64,000 bases of DNA. Source: an uncultured Bacteroidota bacterium (lineage in GTDB: Bacteria > Bacteroidota > Bacteroidia > Bacteroidales > P3). The position numbers and the translations under genes are program-made. The stretch covers positions 6,933 to 70,932 of the forward strand of contig CACZLT010000023.1 of NCBI GenBank assembly GCA_902782185.1. Reading direction: 5' to 3'. The stretch's first letter is position 1. Every line of letters begins with the position of its first letter. Of the stretch, positions 57,512 to 64,000 are shown one piece after another. Below the pieces are notes generated by a model that was not told where the DNA came from, did no database searches, and saw only the letters and a list, made by a program, of their open reading frames with translations.

Positions 57512-57880
57512 CTATTGACCACTGGCTACCGCCACCTCTTCGCCGTCGCTCCACAGCTCGTCGAGGCGATAGAAGGTGCGCCTATCTTTCTGGAATATAT
57601 GGACCACCACGTCGAAGTAGTCCATCAGTATCCACTCGGCGTTCTGGTAGCCCTCCACCTTGTGGGGACCTTGGCCGGTAGCCTTCTTGACAGTCTCGTG
57701 GACGGCATCGGAGAGGGCGCCGACGTGCGACGGCACGTTGCCCGAGGCAATGACGAAAAACTCGGCCGGGGAACTCTGCACACGGCGCAGGTCGAGGATG
57801 CGTACCTCTTCGGCCTTTTTCTCTTCCAATATCTGGGCGGCCAGACGGGCCAGCACCAGACTCTCTTTGTTATCTTTCAT
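57512..57880 (-). CDS. rsfS: ribosome silencing factor RsfS
   Basis: AEEVRILDLR..., FFVIASG, GYQNAEWILMDYFDVVVHIF and YRLDELW fit RsfS. The gene sits in the canonical position upstream of ftsH. Confidence 0.9.
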   Translation of the reverse strand: MKDNKESLVLARLAAQILEEKKAEEVRILDLRRVQSSPAEFFVIASGNVPSHVGALSDAVHETVKKATGQGPHKVEGYQNAEWILMDYFDVVVHIFQKDRRTFYRLDELWSDGEEVAVASGQ

Positions 57881-58299
57881 TCACTTACTATATTAGCGGT
57901 CAATATTCTGTTGCCCTCCTGCTCCTCGATGTCAATCCGCACATAGCGTTCCGGCAGCAGGGGTTCTATCTTTTCTGTCCACTCGGTGAAGCACCAGTTT
58001 CCACCGTAGAAATACTCCTCGTAGCCAATGTCATAAGCTTCGGCCAAATCCTTGAGACGATAGAAGTCAAAATGGTAGACCGGCTCCCCGCGACGGGCAT
58101 TGTACTCGTTGACAATGGCAAAGGTGGGACTGCACACATTGTCGTCGACACCGATCTGGCGGCAAAACTCCTTGATGAGGGTGGTCTTGCCGACACCCAT
58201 CTTGCCGAAGAAAGCATAGAAACGCTCACCGGGGAACTCCCCGAGCAACGCCTCTGCCACGACTGGCAGCTGGTCTATATTTGAAATCTCGACCTTCAA
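57877..58299 (-). CDS. tsaE: tRNA t6A37 threonylcarbamoyl-transfer complex ATPase TsaE
   Basis: FGKMGVGKTTLIKEF (P-loop), SPTFAIVNEY and HFDFYRL fit TsaE. The only possible start upstream of the P-loop is TTG 58299. Confidence 0.85.
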   Translation of the reverse strand: MKVEISNIDQLPVVAEALLGEFPGERFYAFFGKMGVGKTTLIKEFCRQIGVDDNVCSPTFAIVNEYNARRGEPVYHFDFYRLKDLAEAYDIGYEEYFYGGNWCFTEWTEKIEPLLPERYVRIDIEEQEGNRILTANIVSE

Positions 58300-58320
58300 T
58301 TCTCAATTCCCATTTTTCAG

Positions 58321-58860
58321 TTACCTCAACCTATCGGCCGCGCGCACCTTGGCCTCGTCGCTGCGGATGGCACGTTGGGCCAGGAAGAGCAGTACCAGCG
58401 AGGCCAGCGGGAGGAAGGCTCCCGCCAGCCAGCCCAACGTGGGTTCCACTCCACCGAGGCCAGCCATCAACAAGTCGCGATACTTATCCACAGCCCAGAA
58501 GAAGACCGCGAAAGCATAGCCGACATTGACCAGGAAGGCCAGACCAGTGATGCGCGCCTGCAAGGTGCGATTCTTGAAAAGGAAGATGCACAGCACCGAC
58601 AATAGCAACACACAGAGGGCGAGTGTGATAAGCGGCCACGTAGACATACCGGCCAGCCGCTGGCTGTACTCCACCACAGGTTCGCCGGCCGCCATCTGCT
58701 GCAAGGTGTCGGGGTTGTCCTTCGCCACGAGGTTTAACTCTGCGCTGACACGCTGGCCGGTGGCCAGGTCGAAGGTATAGCCCGCCACAGGAAAGACAAA
58801 GCACAGCGCCATGCACACGGCCGCCAAGGCCAGCCAAAGGGTTTGTATTCTCTGTATCAT
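58321..58860 (-). CDS. DUF4293 family membrane protein
   Basis: MIQRIQTLWLALAAVCMALCFVFP... with five TM helices. Confidence 0.65.
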   Translation of the reverse strand: MIQRIQTLWLALAAVCMALCFVFPVAGYTFDLATGQRVSAELNLVAKDNPDTLQQMAAGEPVVEYSQRLAGMSTWPLITLALCVLLLSVLCIFLFKNRTLQARITGLAFLVNVGYAFAVFFWAVDKYRDLLMAGLGGVEPTLGWLAGAFLPLASLVLLFLAQRAIRSDEAKVRAADRLR

Positions 58861-58878
58861 TTCTTATTTCTCAATGTT

Positions 58879-60012
58879 TCATTTCTCATTTTCAACTTCC
58901 AAGTCTTCTGCCTTGCGTGTTTTCTTAACGACGACGGCATCCTTGATGTAGAGGAAACCGGGGTTTCCACGCATCATGGCCTTGATGGCCGTGGCATCGG
59001 CAAAGAGGTAGTCTAGCCCGGAGATTTTATTCTCGTAAAGCCATGCCTGTACCTCTTCGGGGAGTGCCGAAGTAAGCATAACAATTTTCGTGCCATTCTC
59101 TTCGGCCTGTTCCAAAGCGGATTTCACCTCCTCCACTCCCTGGGGTTTCATCTTGTGCAGGCTGTGCACCGTAACCACGACCATCCCTTCCTCGGCAAGG
59201 AGCAGGTCAATGGCGTGATCCGTCCCGCCCAGATCCATCATTGAGAAACCGTCAGCCTTCACCTCGAACGGGGCGTCGCTGGTGGAACTCACCACATCCC
59301 ACTTGTCAAAATCCTTGTACTCTGCCGGCACCTGGTCCCAGCCTCCGTTGGGATAGTCGACCGTTACTTCCTCACCGGTGGCCATATTGCGGAAGGTCAT
59401 GTGGTTCATGGCCTCGCGCTCCTCAACCATGCGGTTGCCCACCTTCCAGGGGCGGAAGTCGACGACGGGTTCATGCTTGATGTTGTAGACGGAAAACACC
59501 ACCATGGCGGCGATGGCGGCCAACAGGATAATCCAATCGCGCTCGAAGCGGCGGCGGTAGCGCAACCAGCGGGAGAGGAATATCCACACCGTAGGCACGT
59601 CCAGTGCCACATTCTTCCAGAAGGTCTGCCAGTTGGTCAGCTTCACCGCGTCGCCAAAGCAGCCACAGTCGCTCACCTTATTGGTGATGGCGTCAATGAG
59701 CGTAGTGGCGGTGAAGAACAGCATCATCAGCACCAGCGCCCAGGCCGAAAGGAGGCGGAAACTGTTGGTGATGAGCAGCACGCCCACCACAAACTCGGCA
59801 CACACCAACGCCACACTCAAGAAGTTGGCCATCGGAAGCGCCCATTCGAAACTCATGCCGAACAGTTCCCAGGCGGTCATGTACTCCTGTATCTTGTAGG
59901 TGGTCCCCAGCGGATCCACCCCCTTCACAAATGAGGAGAAGAGAAACACCAACCCCACCACCCAACGGGCAATGACGTTCAGCGTGTAGTTCAGATTCGT
60001 GTCTTTTACCAT
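58879..60012 (-). CDS. DoxX/MauE-like membrane protein with a soluble C-terminal domain (BT_3928-like)
   Basis: The N-terminal four TM helices contain the CGCFG motif (KVSDCGCFGDAV). A C-terminal ~190-aa thioredoxin-like region follows. Confidence 0.6.
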   Translation of the reverse strand: MVKDTNLNYTLNVIARWVVGLVFLFSSFVKGVDPLGTTYKIQEYMTAWELFGMSFEWALPMANFLSVALVCAEFVVGVLLITNSFRLLSAWALVLMMLFFTATTLIDAITNKVSDCGCFGDAVKLTNWQTFWKNVALDVPTVWIFLSRWLRYRRRFERDWIILLAAIAAMVVFSVYNIKHEPVVDFRPWKVGNRMVEEREAMNHMTFRNMATGEEVTVDYPNGGWDQVPAEYKDFDKWDVVSSTSDAPFEVKADGFSMMDLGGTDHAIDLLLAEEGMVVVTVHSLHKMKPQGVEEVKSALEQAEENGTKIVMLTSALPEEVQAWLYENKISGLDYLFADATAIKAMMRGNPGFLYIKDAVVVKKTRKAEDLEVENEK

Positions 60013-60027
60013 AGCGTCTATCCTTTC

Positions 60028-60807
60028 TTAACTTATATACGGCAGGAAGGGTTTTACATAGTTGTCGTCCATCACCTTGATTCTGTTTCGTGCACTATGG
60101 ACAAATGTCTTCAGATAAGCCACCACCCACTCGTCTACCCCACCCTGCCACGACTGGTCAAAATCGGCCACGTGCTGCTGTATCTGCAATCCTGCCGCCC
60201 AATTGATGTACAATGTGCTTGGTGTAGCCTTGAACATATCGGCATAATGGGTGTTTGTACAAGCCAACTCATCTCCAGCCTCTTCCCATTCCACACCTAT
60301 ATACTTCAATCCCACGGTACCATACTCTTCATTGTCTATCATATACTTGCACATCATTGCCAGTTTGTATGAAGAGATGATATTGGGCGGTTGAGATCGT
60401 TTGTGCTTATTGTGGGTTTTGACATCAATGAGTTCATAGTAGCCTGGTCTGTGATAAAGTATGTCAGCTGTATCACTCTGCTTCTCCTCAAACGGACTCT
60501 CCGGTGTCCAATTCTCCGTAGGCTTGTATCCTCTGTTCAGCAGGTAGGCGGCTGTCAACGACTGTACCAAATCATAGCGATCCTGCGCAGTAACCATCTT
60601 CGAATTCTTGCGATACAGTTCATTCAGATACTCAAACTGTTTATAGACATTGTCCGGGTATTCGCCCTTGAGCATACCATACACCAACTTTTCAAATGGT
60701 TCACCAGCGGCATGACCTGAAAGTGTACCCGATGTAGCCCTGTTGGGTCGCTCTACCTTCTTCCCTGGCAGTTCCTCAAGCAGTTTCCTGTAGGCTATAT
60801 TTCCCAT
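60028..60807 (-). CDS. type II restriction endonuclease, HincII/HindII family
   Basis: It is 259 aa, and HincII is about 258 aa. TSGTLSGHAAGEPFEKLVY, EEKQSDTADIL, YELIDVKTHN...SQPPNIISSYKLA and LYINWAAGLQIQ match my recollection of HincII. D115/D128/K130 and Q139 align to HincII D114/D127/K129 and the intercalating Q138 with a constant +1 offset. Confidence 0.7.
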   Translation of the reverse strand: MGNIAYRKLLEELPGKKVERPNRATSGTLSGHAAGEPFEKLVYGMLKGEYPDNVYKQFEYLNELYRKNSKMVTAQDRYDLVQSLTAAYLLNRGYKPTENWTPESPFEEKQSDTADILYHRPGYYELIDVKTHNKHKRSQPPNIISSYKLAMMCKYMIDNEEYGTVGLKYIGVEWEEAGDELACTNTHYADMFKATPSTLYINWAAGLQIQQHVADFDQSWQGGVDEWVVAYLKTFVHSARNRIKVMDDNYVKPFLPYIS

Positions 60808-62341
60808 AAAACAATTTTGTCAGAGCGTTATTAATTTCCTCTTTCACCGTTGGGCTTCCTTCCGCCAAATAGTTCTTCACCGACAAGGTGATGTCGTCGT
60901 GAATCCTCACCTCCGATTCGTTATCCCAGTCTATGCGCCTAAATGGGATACTGGCAATCGGTGTCTCGGAGAATTCGACTATCTCCCCTTTAATAATACC
61001 GTTGAAACGCAACCAATCATACACATACTTGCTGTTCAAGAAGGCCAGAATATACTCAACCGACTCACGGCAACCTGGTTTCCTCACCATTGCTGTTACA
61101 TCCTGCAACGGATAGAATCCAGCAGGGGCATGGCAGAAACGGAAATAGTGCTTGTGCGAGATACGTTCTTTGCACGGGACAAAGATTTTTGCCTCCTGCC
61201 GCTCAAAAAGTGTCTTGCTGCGCGGAAAGGCAAATTCCCAATACGGCAAATCCCTTCCGTAGCTGTAGCGTTTCAGCAAAGCCTCCTTGTATGGCTCCAA
61301 CTGGGAGGCGAAATGGGGATAGTCCGACAGGAACTCCGCCTGGCCTATTCCTTGTGGCATATATATATATTGAGATGGGGCAATATAGCTGTACTGCCCA
61401 AGGTTCTTGGCTTTCAACACAGGGATGGAATGCTTCTTCTCAAGGTCATTCAACGGCTGATTCTCATTTATCTTGAACGCCGCATCCAGCCCGGAGACCA
61501 TGCCGTTCCCGATGTCGCACACCTCGCGAATCCGGCAAAGTTCATTCCCGAACAGATTGGAACGCTTCACACACACCGACTCAAACCAGCGCAACTCGTC
61601 CTGCATCTCCCTCGTCGCTAGCAACCAGCGCTCGTTCTGCTCAAACTGCGGTATTCTCGTGTGCCGAAAACTGCTTTCCTGCTGCAATGTCTCCAATGTC
61701 GGCGAAGCCTTCTCCGTATATGTCAGCAGGTCTATCATTGCCTCTCGATTGCAACTGTTTTTCCTGTATTTGAATATCACAAACGAAGCATTCACCCCTT
61801 CAAACAAGGCTGCCTCCTTAAAATGGAATATCTTCTCAAAATAGCCCTGCGAGACCATGTAATTGCGCAAGGTTGCCGAATGGGTCGAGTTCATCCAGTA
61901 GTCCGAGCAGATGAATATCAGTTCCCCGCCCTCATTCAGATGCTCTATGCTTTTGAGAATGAAGATGAAAAGGTAATCACACAAGCTATTGAAGTACCTA
62001 TTCCACAAGGCGTTGCCGAGCAGTTCCTCTTTGAGTTCGGCCTCCAGGTTGCGCCATCTGATGTAAGGGGGATTGCCGATAACCACATCGTACTTCTCCT
62101 CGACAGGAACCGACAGGAAACTTTCATACTGCACATTGTCAAAGTCTTTGGCCAGTTCGCGGTCTATCTCATACGCCCTGCAATTGGAGTAGCCGCCCTC
62201 CGCCAGCTTGGACAAGAACACACCCTCGCCGCAAGATGGCTCAAGCACACGGCAGTCCTTTGGCTGCGAGATGAGCGAAACCATGTATTCCGCCACCACA
62301 GCCTTGGTGAAATATTGCCCGTATTTATGCTTCTCTTTCAA
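60776..62341 (-). CDS. N6-adenine DNA methyltransferase (gamma class, Eco57I/HincII-M type)
   Basis: It has GQYFT (motif X), VLEPSCGEGVF (motif I, AdoMet) and VIGNPPYIR (motif IV), in that order. The TTG start overlaps the DUF1599 stop (TTGA). The 3' end overlaps the endonuclease start by 32 nt. Confidence 0.85.
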   Translation of the reverse strand: MKEKHKYGQYFTKAVVAEYMVSLISQPKDCRVLEPSCGEGVFLSKLAEGGYSNCRAYEIDRELAKDFDNVQYESFLSVPVEEKYDVVIGNPPYIRWRNLEAELKEELLGNALWNRYFNSLCDYLFIFILKSIEHLNEGGELIFICSDYWMNSTHSATLRNYMVSQGYFEKIFHFKEAALFEGVNASFVIFKYRKNSCNREAMIDLLTYTEKASPTLETLQQESSFRHTRIPQFEQNERWLLATREMQDELRWFESVCVKRSNLFGNELCRIREVCDIGNGMVSGLDAAFKINENQPLNDLEKKHSIPVLKAKNLGQYSYIAPSQYIYMPQGIGQAEFLSDYPHFASQLEPYKEALLKRYSYGRDLPYWEFAFPRSKTLFERQEAKIFVPCKERISHKHYFRFCHAPAGFYPLQDVTAMVRKPGCRESVEYILAFLNSKYVYDWLRFNGIIKGEIVEFSETPIASIPFRRIDWDNESEVRIHDDITLSVKNYLAEGSPTVKEEINNALTKLFYGKYSLQETA

Positions 62342-62931
62342 TTTTCAGTTTTCTGTTTCTCCTCCTCCGTCATGCGGACGAGGCAAAAGAGGGAGTAGTT
62401 GACGATGTCCATGTAGCCGCCCTCGACGCCTTCGCTTACGAGGGTCTTGCCCCGGTTGTTCTCAATCTGCTTGATGCGGAGGAGTTTCATCAGTATGAGA
62501 TCGACCATCGACTCGACGCGCATCTGACGCCAGGCTTCGCCGTAGTCGTGGTTCTTGTCCATCATGAGGTCGAGGATGCGGGTGGTCTCGGCATCGTAGA
62601 GAGCAAGGGCGTCGTCGAGCGGCAGGTCGAGGTCGTCGGATTCCAGCGTTGCCTGGATAAGTGCCATCACCGCATAGTTGACCATCGCCACAAACTCGTC
62701 GCGCACATCGTCCCCTACGCGATTCTCACCGCTTTCCTGCAGACTGCGGATGCGGTTGGCCTTGATGTATATCTGGTCAGTCAGCGAGGGGAGGCGAAGG
62801 ATGCGCCACGAGGTGCCGTAGTCGCGCGTCTTCTTCTCGAACAGCATGCGGCATACCGCCACCTCGCGTTCCATCTCGCTTCGTGTATCTGCGTATTTAT
62901 CCATATCAATTTTGTAAAACGCCGCCATCAT
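62338..62931 (-). CDS. DUF1599 domain protein
   Basis: CRMLFEKKTRDYGTSWRILRLPSLTDQIYIKANRIRSLQ and a second half-repeat NHDYGEAWRQMRVESMVDLILMKLLRIKQIE fit DUF1599. The start is ambiguous: ATG at 62976, 62931/62928 or 62904. Confidence 0.75.
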   Translation of the reverse strand: MMAAFYKIDMDKYADTRSEMEREVAVCRMLFEKKTRDYGTSWRILRLPSLTDQIYIKANRIRSLQESGENRVGDDVRDEFVAMVNYAVMALIQATLESDDLDLPLDDALALYDAETTRILDLMMDKNHDYGEAWRQMRVESMVDLILMKLLRIKQIENNRGKTLVSEGVEGGYMDIVNYSLFCLVRMTEEEKQKTEN

Positions 62932-62990
62932 GTTTTTATTGTATACCCTATATAAAAAAAATTCGCCGTGGGGCATGGGGGGTGGGGCGG

Positions 62991-63061
62991 GGTTCCCTAG
63001 GTACTCCCTAGGTACTCTCTTAATGAATACATAAACTCTGGTGCGATATGGGACGATATGG
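62991..63061 (+). repeat. interspersed ~70-nt repeat, copy E
   Basis: GGTTCCCTAGGTACTCCCTAGGTACTCTCTTAATGAATACATAAACTCTGGTGCGATATGGGACGATATGG lies in the divergent DUF1599/folP intergenic region. Confidence 0.9.
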
Positions 63062-63207
63062 TGTCATAGCAACCCACGGGCGGGAGTGAAGAGCCATGAA
63101 CCAAGAACCATGAACTGGGGGGTGGCGAGGGGTGCGTAAAAAAAACACACAGAGAAAAAAAGGAAATCGGCGGCACAATAAAAGGTTCCGTACGCCGTTA
63201 TCGGATC

Positions 63208-64000
63208 ATGACCACAGTACCTGCCTTCGAGCCTTTCTGCATCACTATCGGCGGCAGCCTCGTCGACTTCCGCCGCCCTGCCGTGATGGGCATTCTCAAC
63301 ATCACGCCCAACTCGTTCTACGACGGTGGCCGACACCAGTCGCCCGAGGCCATGCTGTCCCACGCCCACCGGTTGCTGGCCGAAGGAGCCGACATCATCG
63401 ACCTGGGTGCCGCCTCGTCGCGTCCGGGCGCCACCCTCCCCTCCCCCGAAGAAGAGGCCACCCGCCTCAAAGAGGCCATCACACTGCTGCGCAAGGAGTT
63501 GCCGGAGGCGATTCTTTCCGTTGACACCTGCTGGAGCCTGCCGGCCCGCACCGCCGTCGAGGCCGGTGCCGACATCATCAACGACATCTCCGGCGGCCAG
63601 TTCGACGAGAATATGTTCCAAACCGTGGCCGACCTACAGGTGCCCTACATCCTCATGCACACCCGCGGCCTGCCGGGCGAGATGCAGCAATTGACTGACT
63701 ACGATGACATTGTGGATGACCTCGTAAAATATTTCTCCGAGCGACTCGACCGCCTCTACCGCTTGGGGGTGAAAGACGTGTGGCTCGACCCGGGCTTTGG
63801 CTTTGCCAAGACCCTGGAACAGAACTACGAGCTGCTGGACCGCCTTGAGGAACTCACCACCCTCTTCCGCGAACCCCTCCTGACCGCACTCAGTCGCAAA
63901 AGCATGATTTACAAACGCCTGGAATCCACGCCCAACGAGGCGTTGAACGGCACCATCGCCCTTGACACGGTGGCCTTGATGAAAGGTTCGCGCATAGTAC
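63208..64000 (+). CDS. folP: dihydropteroate synthase (3' end outside the window)
   Basis: This was hand-translated and is absent from the ORF track because no stop lies in the window. MTTVPAFEPFCITIGGSLVDFRRPAVMGILNITPNSFYDGGRH...ADIIDLGAASSRPGA...SVDT...INDISGG...MHTRG...LDPGFGFAKT is the pterin-binding domain signature. Confidence 0.9.
   Translation, partial: MTTVPAFEPFCITIGGSLVDFRRPAVMGILNITPNSFYDGGRHQSPEAMLSHAHRLLAEGADIIDLGAASSRPGATLPSPEEEATRLKEAITLLRKELPEAILSVDTCWSLPARTAVEAGADIINDISGGQFDENMFQTVADLQVPYILMHTRGLPGEMQQLTDYDDIVDDLVKYFSERLDRLYRLGVKDVWLDPGFGFAKTLEQNYELLDRLEELTTLFREPLLTALSRKSMIYKRLESTPNEALNGTIALDTVALMKGSRIV

Overview
This is a 64-kb chromosomal segment from a GC-rich member of the Bacteroidales (Bacteroidota). 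The assignment rests on TAnnTTTG -7 promoter boxes in front of most transcription units, a complete moxR/batA-E aerotolerance operon, a lipoprotein-type TamL, and five proteins ending in T9SS C-terminal sorting domains. I could support about 50 protein genes and found no rRNA, tRNA or CRISPR. The backbone is housekeeping: tyrS, proS, uvrC, ruvC, asd, waaA, tamL, ftsH, cdsA, psd, rsfS, tsaE and folP. Interleaved are T9SS cargo genes: two BspA-like LRR proteins, a BNR/Asp-box propeller, an S8 peptidase and a C25 gingipain-like peptidase. Unusual content, in my order of interest: (1) a single-gene AAA_14/DUF4143 ATPase cassette bracketed by perfect 49-bp direct repeats that duplicate a promoter and start codon; (2) an unclassified ~70-nt interspersed repeat present five times; (3) a compositionally mosaic island at about 42.84-48.5 kb, holding two lipoprotein genes that share a GC-rich signal-peptide module, an S8/T9SS peptidase whose GC jumps from about 45-50 % to about 75 % mid-gene, a PAS-like/LuxR regulator, twin palindromes at the operon promoter, and an IS30 remnant; (4) a low-GC HincII-like M->R restriction-modification pair spliced with no spacer into a housekeeping operon; (5) ACTAG arrays with exact 9-nt phasing inside the Bat operon. 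proS and the edge MFS gene each carry an apparent 1-nt frameshift at a C/G triplet, most simply a homopolymer sequencing error. All coordinates for non-ORF features were counted by hand and may be off by 1-2 nt.
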